Source: Ostreococcus tauri
Lineage: Eukaryota
Assembly (NCBI GenBank): GCA_000214015.2
Contig: CAID01000016.2
Location: 206,794-238,793 of the forward strand
Length of the DNA stretch: 32,000 nucleotides
Reading direction: 5' to 3'
The notes under the pieces were generated by a model. That model did not search any database and was not told where the DNA came from. It worked only from the letters and a program-made list of their open reading frames with translations. Numbering within the stretch: the stretch's first letter is position 1; every line of letters starts with the position of its first letter. Below are positions 24,525-32,000 of this stretch, piece after piece. Position numbers and translations under genes: made by a program.

Positions 24525-26270
24525 TTAGGCGCAGAGATCCCGCACTTTTTCAACAATCGCGTCGGTGACGCGTCCAACCGTCGCCTCATCCGTCGCCTCG
24601 ACGTACACTCTGACGCAGTCCTCGGTCCCGCTCGGTCGAACGAACGCTCGCCCTCTGACTTTCTCTCTCCCTTCATCATCCAATATTTTCTCGATCGCTT
24701 CTTGCAATCCTGGCGGTTTCTCGCACGTTCGCTCCGCGTCGACGGTTTTGATCGTCGTCCTGTCGCGAACGACAACCTTGGTCTGGCGACTGCTCAGATC
24801 CGTGTAATACAGATTCGCGATGGAACCCTTGATTTTTCGCACTCGCAAAATGGCCTCAACCAAGAGAATCCCGCTCATGGCGTCACCCACGGCGGGATTG
24901 ATGCATCGCTGCGCGTGCGTCAACGCGAGGAGCGCCTTGACTTGAGGCATCGCGCGTTGGGTCAACGCCTCCACAGTCGCCTCCTCGATCGCCTTACTCG
25001 CGGCGGGCGAGAACAGAGCGGTCCCATGACCGTTTGATTCGAAATACACCCCGATGTCCATCTCCTCTGCTTTGTGATGAAGATGTTTCACGCCGGTCGG
25101 GACGCACGCTGGGGGCTCGCCGAGACGCTCGGTGAGAAACTTGGTCGACGCGCCGTTCGCGTACGCCGTCTGGACCACGCCGACGCGAACGTCCGTAAGA
25201 TACGGTTCGGCCTCGCGCACCATTTCGCCGAGAAAATCGGCGATGAGAACGGCGATCTGATCGCCGTCGACGAGCGCAATGGGTTCGCCCGGCGAGCGCG
25301 GCGTCTCAAAGTAAATAAGACGGTCGGCGTCTCCGTCCACCGAAACGCACCGCGTGCCCGGCTCCAAGCTCTCGAACCCACCACGCATGGGTGGCGTTCG
25401 TGCTTTTTGAACCAAATCGCTTCCGACGCCATCGTTCAGGGAGGAGTCCGCGGCGTTGCCTCGGTTTCGCAAATCGAACCTCAACCCGTACGATTCCACG
25501 GCTTCGCTCAGACCCGCAAGCTTGTCTCCGCCGACACCGTCGGCGCAATCGATCACGAGCGGCGGGAAATTATCGGTGTCGTTTTCGGTCTCGGTCATGT
25601 CGTCTTCATCCTTCTCCGTGAGTGCGGCGTATCCTGCGGCGAGACGCGCGTAGTAATCCGCCTCGGCGTCCGGCGCGCCCGTGTTTGTCGCCAGGACGTA
25701 ATAGTGCAACTGCGGCGTCGTCGCCACCCCTCGATCCACCGCCTCGACCCCCATCGCCCGAATCCCCGCCAGAGCCGCGTCCGCGAGCGCCCGTCCGCTC
25801 GCTCGCGTGTCCCTGGCGACGAATACCCGCGGCTTTCGATCGCTCGCTCGAGCCGCCGCCGCCGCCGAAGCGTCAACCATCCTCGCCGCCTCACCGAGCG
25901 CCGCGATCTGCGCCTCGGCATCCGCCTCACTCGCATTTGCCAACGCCTCGGCGACGCTCTCGAGCGCCATTGGCATCGTCCCACCGTTCGGCTCGACCAA
26001 CTTCACGCCGTTGTCCCGAGCCGGATTGTGACTCGCCGTGATCACTATTCCGGTCGTCTGCCCGCCGTGCGCGAGCGAACGCGCGGCCGCGAGCGCGCCG
26101 GCGCGGAAACACGTCGAGTGTAAGATCTCAGCTCGCGTACGGAATCCAGCGGTGCCGTAGGAGAACTGTATCGGCGCGCCACCGTCTGATTCCGTAGGTA
26201 ACGGATGATCCCGCGTCGCTTTCGCGTACGTTTGCGCCCACGCGTGATTTGAGGCGTCGGGAAGTGTCAT
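24525..26270 (-). CDS. AGM1: Phosphoacetylglucosamine mutase (alpha-D-phosphohexomutase family, AGM1/PGM3 type)
   Basis: Active-site Ser loop: GIVITASHNPARDNGVKLVEPNGG. Metal-binding loop: CVSVDGDADRLIYF. Phosphate-binding loop: AFVRPSGTEDCVRVYVEA. The N-terminal FSYGTAGFRT is also present. The start is taken at ATG 26270 (MTLPDASNHAW...). The ORF-track start at 26453 would add 61 implausible residues. Confidence 0.9.
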   Translation of the reverse strand: MTLPDASNHAWAQTYAKATRDHPLPTESDGGAPIQFSYGTAGFRTRAEILHSTCFRAGALAAARSLAHGGQTTGIVITASHNPARDNGVKLVEPNGGTMPMALESVAEALANASEADAEAQIAALGEAARMVDASAAAAARASDRKPRVFVARDTRASGRALADAALAGIRAMGVEAVDRGVATTPQLHYYVLATNTGAPDAEADYYARLAAGYAALTEKDEDDMTETENDTDNFPPLVIDCADGVGGDKLAGLSEAVESYGLRFDLRNRGNAADSSLNDGVGSDLVQKARTPPMRGGFESLEPGTRCVSVDGDADRLIYFETPRSPGEPIALVDGDQIAVLIADFLGEMVREAEPYLTDVRVGVVQTAYANGASTKFLTERLGEPPACVPTGVKHLHHKAEEMDIGVYFESNGHGTALFSPAASKAIEEATVEALTQRAMPQVKALLALTHAQRCINPAVGDAMSGILLVEAILRVRKIKGSIANLYYTDLSSRQTKVVVRDRTTIKTVDAERTCEKPPGLQEAIEKILDDEGREKVRGRAFVRPSGTEDCVRVYVEATDEATVGRVTDAIVEKVRDLCA

Positions 26271-26409
26271 CGTGCGATTCTCTGTGTGCGTATCTACTTT
26301 CGGAGCGACGCGCGTCGAAGAGTGGCGACGAGCGTCGAGAGAATGAAGAATAAGGAAAAGTAAAGTACAAAAGTCACATTCCCGCACTCGTTGACGCTCG
26401 TCGTTCGCG

Positions 26410-26736
26410 ATGCGGGCGACGACGACGCGCTCGCCGTCGAGCGCCGTTACCATTCGATCGATCGGTCGACGGCGTTCGCGTTCACGCGCGATGACGCGCG
26501 CGAATAACAGCGACGCGAGGGATTATCTACCGAGCACCGAGCGCGAGACGAGTGGGACGTTCGCGACGACGACGGAGCCGCCGCCGACGCGACTGGAGCG
26601 CGCGTTCGCGGGCGTGGATCCATTGGCGACCGCGCTCGGGTCGTTGGCGGTGTGGTTGGCGGTGAGCGGACGCAACGTGAAGCGGCGAGCGAAGAGGTGG
26701 GAGCTCCGCGCGCGGCGAGCGGAGGCGGAGAATCAG
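26410..26736 (+). CDS. Small hypothetical membrane/coiled-coil protein, exon 1 (inferred two-exon gene)
   Basis: ATG at 26410. The donor CAG|GTGAGG at 26736/26737 falls exactly on a codon boundary of ORF 26410..26775. The exon encodes a basic S/T/R-rich N-terminus and one hydrophobic helix (LATALGSLAVWLAVSG). Confidence 0.45.
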
Positions 26737-27028
26737 GTGAGGAAGACGACGCGCGCGATCGCTGGCGAGCGATGAACAACACGTCCGTGATGATGTGTTG
26801 TTTGTGCACCGCTGCACGATCGAGCGGCGCGGATGACGAGTGAAACGACCGCGCAAGGGCTCCGACGCTCGACGGTTCGTCGAGCGGTGAAGAGAGACGT
26901 CGAACACTAATCTTCTCAAAATATCTGACGCGTGCGCTCGAACCAGTCGTGTGACGGGCGTCGATGGGATGTTGATTTAAATCATCGTTTTTGAGACTGA
27001 CGATCGATCGCGCATCACTGGTTCGCAG

Positions 27029-27274
27029 GATCTCGAATGGAGACTTCGCGTGGCCACGTCGGTGGCGAGCGGGTCGGGTCCTCCAGAACCACCGCGCGCC
27101 CCGAAACCGCCGCCGTCGACACCATCGCCGAGTCAGGCGCCATCGACACCGTCCACCGTGGACACACGAGATGTCATCATCGAAGGTTTACGCATGGAGA
27201 CGGAGGCGCTAAAGGCGGCGCTCGCACAGGCGCGCGCCGAGGCCCAGCGCGTCTCTCGAGACGACGTCCCGTGA
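27029..27274 (+). CDS. Small hypothetical membrane/coiled-coil protein, exon 2
   Basis: CTGAC lies at 26997-27001 and the acceptor CAG ends at 27028. The downstream frame (ORF-track 27050..27274, which has no ATG of its own) is open back to 26981 and is in phase 0 with 27029. The exon encodes a Pro-rich linker and EGLRMETEALKAALAQARAEAQ. The joined product is about 190 aa. Stop TGA at 27272-27274. Confidence 0.45.
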   Translation, partial: DLEWRLRVATSVASGSGPPEPPRAPKPPPSTPSPSQAPSTPSTVDTRDVIIEGLRMETEALKAALAQARAEAQRVSRDDVP

Positions 27275-27674
27275 GGCTCACTTTCAAGCATCGTCGTCGT
27301 TCGCATCCTACGGATACCATTCATTCACGCCACATAAAATATGCACCACTAGCCTCGTCATCGCCGGTCGCAGACGACCGAACGATTGGAACGCGCGCGA
27401 GAGCGCTCGCACGCGGCGTACCACAGATCCTTCGGACGCCGCAGTCTGGAGTGACTCGTATAGGCATTCGCCACACAAAATATGGGAAATTCAACAACGC
27501 CTCGCTTGTTTCCGGCGTGCGTTTGAACTCGTCTCTATGAATATGTAATATCGTCCTGTACAAGACCGACACACACATATTAAAAACCAAATTCGTCTTT
27601 GTGACCGAAACGCGACACGCCCGAGCCGCCTCGCTCGAAAAACCCTCCGCCTCTCCGCGACGCAAAGAATCATC

Positions 27675-27807
27675 ATGCCCGCGGCTCTCCCCACGGTCAC
27701 CGTGCAAAACGGCAACGGCGCGTCGTGCGCCATGCCGGAGGTCTTCCTCTCCCCGATCCGCGCTGACATCGTGAACGCCGTGCACACCGGCCTCGCGAAG
27801 AACGACA
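27675..27807 (+). CDS. RPL4: 60S ribosomal protein uL4 (RPL4), exon 1
   Basis: ATG at 27675 gives MPAALPTVTVQNGNGASCAMPEVFLSPIRADIVNAVHTGLAKND. The exon ends A|GTACG, phase 1. Intron 1 is 27808-27940 (133 nt), with TACTGAC at 27901-27907 and acceptor CTCAG. Confidence 0.88.
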
Positions 27808-27940
27808 GTACGTCGATGACGATGATGTGACCTCGGGCGCGGACGATCTTCGTGCGCGACGACGCGACGACGTGATCGATGCACGTGCACGGCGAACGAG
27901 TACTGACGAAATACAACTCTGTTTTTTACTTGACTCTCAG

Positions 27941-28113
27941 GGCAAGCGTACGCCGTGTACCGACGTGCCGGCCACCAAACCGCGGCCGAGTCCTGGGGCA
28001 CCGGTCGCGCGGTCTCTCGTATTCCGCGTGTGCCGGGCGGTGGTACCCACCGCGCCGGTCAAGGGGCGTTCGGTAACATGTGCCGCGGTGGTCGCATGTT
28101 CGCGCCGACCAAG
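27941..28113 (+). CDS. RPL4: 60S ribosomal protein uL4 (RPL4), exon 2
   Basis: Encodes (R)[57 protein letters not shown], the most conserved uL4 block. The exon ends AAG|GTGAGC, phase 0. Intron 2 is 28114-28251 (138 nt), with CTGAC at 28219-28223 and acceptor TAG. Confidence 0.92.
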
Positions 28114-28251
28114 GTGAGCGATGCAGCGAGCGAGCGAGGACGCGAGACGCGCTCGAAGATGATCTTGCATTAGGGCTTTGGGCTTTGCTCTTTCTGAACG
28201 AGACACGGAGGACTACGACTGACCAGCACTTCCGCTTTTCGCGATTCGTAG

Positions 28252-29139
28252 ACCTGGCGCCGTTGGCACCGACGCGTGAACATTAAGGAAAAGCGCTACG
28301 CGGTGTGCTCCGCTATCGCGGCGTCCGCCGTGCCGTCGCTTCTCCTCGCGCGCGGTCACCGCGTCGAGGGCGTCCCGGAGGTTCCGCTCGTCGTCGACGA
28401 CAGCGCGAGCTCCATCAAGAAGACGGCCAAGGCTGTCGAGCTTCTCAAGCAGCTCGGCGCGTATGCTGACATCGAAAAGGTGAAGGCGAGCCGCAACGTC
28501 CGCTCCGGTAAGGGTAAGATGCGTAACCGCCGTTACGTCCAACGCCGCGGTCCGCTCGTCGTCTATTCGGAAGACAACGGCGTCACTCGAGCGTTCCGTA
28601 ACATTCCTGGCGTTGAGTTGTGCTCCGTCGATCGCCTCGGCTTGCTTACGCTCGCCCCGGGTGGCCACGTCGGTCGCTTCATCATCTGGACGAAGAGCGC
28701 GTTTGAGAAGCTTGACTCCATCTTTGGCACCTCCACTTCCAAGAGCGCCTCCAAGAAGGGCTGGAAGCCGCCGACCAACATCATGGCGCAAACTGACTTG
28801 ACTCGTCTCATCAACTCCGACGAAATTCAGTCCGCTCTCAACGCGCCGAAGCTCGGTGCGATTCGCGCCCACGCTCCGCTCAAGCGCAACCCTCTCAAGA
28901 ACAAGTCCGCCATGGACAAGCTCAACCCGTATGCCAAGGTTGCTCGCGAGATGCAAGCTCGCGCGCAAGAGGAGCGATCCAAGGCCAAGGCGGCGAAGAG
29001 CAACGCGGCGCGCTCGGCGGTCGGTCAAAAGTTCTACGAATCTATGAAGGTCGACTCCAACTACGAGGGCGAGCTCTTCGAGGACTTCGACGACTGGCTC
29101 ACTCGCGGGGCGCCGGTGGTCCAACAAGGCGACGAATAG
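28252..29139 (+). CDS. RPL4: 60S ribosomal protein uL4 (RPL4), exon 3
   Basis: Begins TWRRWHRRVNIKEKRYAVCSAIAASAVPSLLLARGHRVE... and continues with ...SGKGKMRNRRYVQRRGPLVVY.... The total spliced CDS is 1194 nt (397 aa). Stop TAG at 29137-29139. Confidence 0.93.
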   Translation, partial: TWRRWHRRVNIKEKRYAVCSAIAASAVPSLLLARGHRVEGVPEVPLVVDDSASSIKKTAKAVELLKQLGAYADIEKVKASRNVRSGKGKMRNRRYVQRRGPLVVYSEDNGVTRAFRNIPGVELCSVDRLGLLTLAPGGHVGRFIIWTKSAFEKLDSIFGTSTSKSASKKGWKPPTNIMAQTDLTRLINSDEIQSALNAPKLGAIRAHAPLKRNPLKNKSAMDKLNPYAKVAREMQARAQEERSKAKAAKSNAARSAVGQKFYESMKVDSNYEGELFEDFDDWLTRGAPVVQQGDE

Positions 29140-29219
29140 ACGTCACTCGCTTTTTAGATCGGACTCATTTGGAATCTCTAAGCTACAAGCTATTAGCACT
29201 ACAAGAATATCGTCTATAT

Positions 29220-32000
29220 CTATCCTCCTCTAAGAAAGTGATGCCTCGGTATCTGAGACCGCTCGACCCCGAACACGCGAGTCAGCGCCTTCACTGCGTT
29301 TACCACTGAAGGTGGAGCGCGCGAATCTGGCTCCAGCAAAAACGTCGCCGCAGCCTGGATCGCGATCGAGTGCTGTGATACCTGAGCGATCTCCCGCACT
29401 TTGGGCGATTTCGCACAGCAGGTAAGGAATTGCACCGAGGCGACGAGGAGCGTTCGAGCTCTCTCGCTCGTGTTTTCCTCCACGACGAACAAATTTGGAG
29501 CGAGTGCGGTGCCTTGACCCCACTGAACGTTACCTTCTTGAGATATCGTCGTTACTGTCTCCGAAAGTGGCGTCAACACATCGCTCAGCGTGCGTTCCGC
29601 TTCTTTCCGCTCGCGCGCAAGTGCTTTGCTGCTCAATTTTTTTGCCTTTGTCAAGACTTCTCGCAAGCGCTCAATCTCTCTCGCTCGCGGTGTCTTCTCG
29701 TCTACTTTCGAAATGACGTGGAAGGAACCGCGAGTGGAAATCTCTCTAGAGATTGGCGTCGCCAGCGCAGCGTCGGACAGTATCGAAACCGATGCCGAGA
29801 CGTACGCACGGAAGATGCGCCATACTGCGCTAGAATTGAGCGCGGCTTTTATCATGTCATCCAGAGCAACCTCTGACGCGTTCTCCACGGCCCTTGGCGC
29901 TACCGTCGCAGTGTTCATCTCTAGTATCTGGCGATACTGAGTGCTGGACTCGTCACGAGTCGAAGTGGGACGATGAGGCTTCGGAAAAGCAGCCAGCTTT
30001 GGGAAAGCTGCCGGCTTTGGAAACGCCGGTGCGACTCCACGCTGTTCAATCGTTGACCTCGCCGTTATGACTTGCGGATGCTTTGCAGATAATACCTTGT
30101 CAGTATTTTCTCGTGTGTGCCGATGGAAATCCATAGATTCTTTGAATCCGCTAAGAAGTGGACACAAGACGTCCGACAACACGACGGCGAGACACCCCTT
30201 GGTGTGATGGTCCACGGACTCAGCTATAGATTCGTGCGCGAGAACAACGAGTGGAAGTGCCACTGACCCTAGAACGAGCGACGGTGCGATGACGTTTTCA
30301 TCATCTTTCGTTTTCGCTGGCGTTATCAGGTCGGAAACCAGCTGAGTCGACGTTATGAGTCGCCGCGCCGCGCACTTTTGTGGCGCACCGAACGCGTGGA
30401 GCATGAAGTGCGGCAGGTAGGTCCTCACCACAGTCTCACCCGCGAGGCCAAGAGGCGAATTATCATCGCCACAGAGAGATTTTGCGAGGGAAGTGATCAA
30501 CGCTCGCTCACGTTCGATCACATTCGACGCCCCGATGATGGATTCAAGCGTGCCGCACGTGCACACGGCGAGTTGGCGTTCAGCCACCGAAGCAAGACAT
30601 TCGTCGGCATCGCGCCGAGCTGTCCGCAATGCGCCATCGATAGCGCACAGTTCGGCGCGAAAAATGTCCGTCGCGCGCTCTTCTAATGCCACCGCTAAGG
30701 CGTCGCTGATGTGCAGGCCATCACTTGCTCCCCATACGGATGCCTTTGATGAAGGCAGAAGAGGAATTAAACGTGGTAGAGTAAGAGTCAAAGCTGAGAC
30801 ATCACTCACGTGAGCTAAAGATCGAGCGTCTGCAACGATAAGACACTCGGCACAATGCGTGACGAGTGCTTGAATGATGCCACCGATCGCTCGCACGTGT
30901 GGTCCTCTACGAGACTCATCGTCCTGTTTATCTTTGCCAAAAGAGCAGCCTCTGAAGATGCTGACGCAGTGCTCTGGTAATCCCATGGCGATACGACGAA
31001 TGGACGCCATTGTACTCGCATCTTTCGCAAAAGACTTACTTATTTCTTTCGCCGCCAGCTTAGCCACGGCGACTCTGAAATCGCACTCTTGAGATGTCAT
31101 TAGTGTGCCCAGCTGTTCACCGGCAACGCCAACACGAGCATCGCCGCGCCTCTTCTTCCCTCGTAAAACCGTAGCTACGGCAGCTCCACCATTCGATTGC
31201 GACCAACCGACCGAGGTGACGGAGCTAGCTTCTTGATTCATTATCGACAACTCTCCGCGTGCGCACAATGCGACGGCGAGCGGCAAGGCACCGCCCGACA
31301 CAATGTCCACTGCCAAAGCAAACCAAGCGCACAGCGCTGGTTTCAAGTCAGACAGCGGCGCGCACTTATCCGAGAATGAGGCCGGAGAGCAGAGCGTCGC
31401 CAACGATCGCGAGACGAAAATTCGTTCGCGCCAGTCCTCGGACATTGATCTCTTCTCCACATCACCCAACGTCTCGAGCACTGTAGCTGACTGCCCTTGG
31501 TCGGCCACGATGAGGACGGCATACGCAGTGGCCCAAGCAACCGAGGCCTCGGCGATTATGGCTCCGTCGTTCATGGCTCCCTTAGTTCCGGCTCTCGAAG
31601 ACACCACCGAACCCGTCATTTTCACGCAGTCGGCCAATGATCTCATGACTCGAATCATTTCGTCAAATATCTTTGTTTGAGCCTGTCCTTGCGCACCATT
31701 CGTAGCTCGCCACGCGAGCCAGATTCCGAGGCACGTCGTCGCCGCGCGTAGAAGGACGCATCGAGGCGCGGGATCCTCGCTGGCAGTATTTTGAGCCGCA
31801 AGCGAGCTTAGTAGTTGCTTCAGGCAAAGTATAGCTTGGTCATCAGATCCTGCGCGTACGCACGCACGGAACAACTCCACGTGCACGCTCGCTCGATGCT
31901 GCAAGCGCTGAGACGCAGTGGAAAAGGGGAACGAGTGCCCGCCGAGTGCGGTAAAACCGTCGTCGCCGAGGGAATTCTCTGCCGGATTGTCTGTTACCTT
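29220..32000 (-). CDS. Large helical-repeat (ARM/HEAT-like) hypothetical protein; 5'-partial, continues right of the window
   Basis: The minus-strand frame is open from 29220 to the window edge. The ORF-track start at 31904 is only a TTG, and I found no in-frame stop between 31905 and 32000. The protein is predominantly Leu/Ala-rich helical sequence and contains an AAFPKP x3 peptide repeat. No family is recognised. Confidence 0.7.
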   Translation of the reverse strand, partial: KVTDNPAENSLGDDGFTALGGHSFPFSTASQRLQHRASVHVELFRACVRAGSDDQAILCLKQLLSSLAAQNTASEDPAPRCVLLRAATTCLGIWLAWRATNGAQGQAQTKIFDEMIRVMRSLADCVKMTGSVVSSRAGTKGAMNDGAIIAEASVAWATAYAVLIVADQGQSATVLETLGDVEKRSMSEDWRERIFVSRSLATLCSPASFSDKCAPLSDLKPALCAWFALAVDIVSGGALPLAVALCARGELSIMNQEASSVTSVGWSQSNGGAAVATVLRGKKRRGDARVGVAGEQLGTLMTSQECDFRVAVAKLAAKEISKSFAKDASTMASIRRIAMGLPEHCVSIFRGCSFGKDKQDDESRRGPHVRAIGGIIQALVTHCAECLIVADARSLAHVSDVSALTLTLPRLIPLLPSSKASVWGASDGLHISDALAVALEERATDIFRAELCAIDGALRTARRDADECLASVAERQLAVCTCGTLESIIGASNVIERERALITSLAKSLCGDDNSPLGLAGETVVRTYLPHFMLHAFGAPQKCAARRLITSTQLVSDLITPAKTKDDENVIAPSLVLGSVALPLVVLAHESIAESVDHHTKGCLAVVLSDVLCPLLSGFKESMDFHRHTRENTDKVLSAKHPQVITARSTIEQRGVAPAFPKPAAFPKLAAFPKPHRPTSTRDESSTQYRQILEMNTATVAPRAVENASEVALDDMIKAALNSSAVWRIFRAYVSASVSILSDAALATPISREISTRGSFHVISKVDEKTPRAREIERLREVLTKAKKLSSKALARERKEAERTLSDVLTPLSETVTTISQEGNVQWGQGTALAPNLFVVEENTSERARTLLVASVQFLTCCAKSPKVREIAQVSQHSIAIQAAATFLLEPDSRAPPSVVNAVKALTRVFGVERSQIPRHHFLRGG

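Noticed and set aside
26918-26926. A perfect evening element AAAATATCT, the clock CCA1/LHY-type binding site.
   Set aside because: A single 9-mer is expected by chance with appreciable probability in 64 kb of two-strand sequence. It lies inside the inferred intron, about 750 bp from RPL4, with no supporting cluster.
27037-27540. A 167-aa ATG-initiated ORF in the AGM1-RPL4 gap.
   Set aside because: The product is an Arg/His/Thr-rich nonsense-like string running through AT-rich putative 3' UTR. The overlapping frame that ends at 27274 has a coherent Pro-rich and coiled-coil composition and fits a splice model.
27808-28251. Possible box C/D snoRNAs hosted in the two RPL4 introns. Intron 1 has ATGACGA/ATGATGT near its 5' end with CTGA at 27903. 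Intron 2 has AAGATGA at about 28165 with CTGA at 28193.
   Set aside because: The C boxes are imperfect and the terminal stems are only 3-4 bp. The intron-1 CTGA is the branch-point motif. The intron-2 candidate would be only about 45 nt. This is not supportable without covariance or expression evidence.
31908-31997. An apparent AAG|GTAAC donor at the right edge and a CTCAG acceptor at 31908, suggesting a 90-nt intron upstream of the ORF-track start at 31904.
   Set aside because: The minus-strand frame has no stop between 31905 and 32000, so no splice is needed. The ORF-track start is just the first TTG. The candidate intron also lacks the CTGAC branch motif seen in the four other introns.

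Overview
This is eukaryotic nuclear DNA. It has GT..AG spliceosomal introns with a shared CTGAC branch motif, an intron-containing tRNA followed by a Pol III oligo-T terminator, and plant-type telomere repeats (CCCTAAA). Gene content is eukaryotic: uL4/RPL4, ELAC2-type tRNase Z, an extended synaptotagmin and a type-B response regulator. The window is very gene-dense, at roughly one gene per 1.8 kb. It is GC-rich overall, but composition is visibly uneven. My best guess for the source is a compact green picoalga of the Mamiellophyceae (Ostreococcus/Micromonas-like), and this is inference only.

I support about 17 protein-coding genes, 2 tRNA genes and several repeats. The protein-coding genes I can name are:
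- tRNase Z
- an SMP/C2 lipid-transfer protein
- an SRA1/Sec31-C-like protein
- a large WD40 protein
- a nuclear Ycf66 homologue
- a spliced receiver+GARP response regulator
- GMP synthase
- phosphoacetylglucosamine mutase
- three-exon RPL4

The observations most worth follow-up are:
1. An ~815-aa ORF (13432-15882) reads as a highly divergent Argonaute (PAZ/L2 and PIWI signatures) with the slicer aspartates substituted.
2. An internal telomere-repeat / subtelomere-like junction lies at about 17.1-18.3 kb.
3. Immediately to its right is a GIY-YIG nuclease fused to four tandem GATA-like CxxC-X18-21-CxxC zinc fingers, with near-identical nucleotide repeats inside the finger array.
4. An exact 56-bp fragment of a downstream gene is duplicated next to the telomere-like tract.
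5. A tRNA-Lys(CUU) gene carries an unusually long intron of about 112 nt.
6. A two-exon small gene is missed by plain ORF calling.

All family calls come from reading motifs by eye. None has been checked by a database or HMM search.
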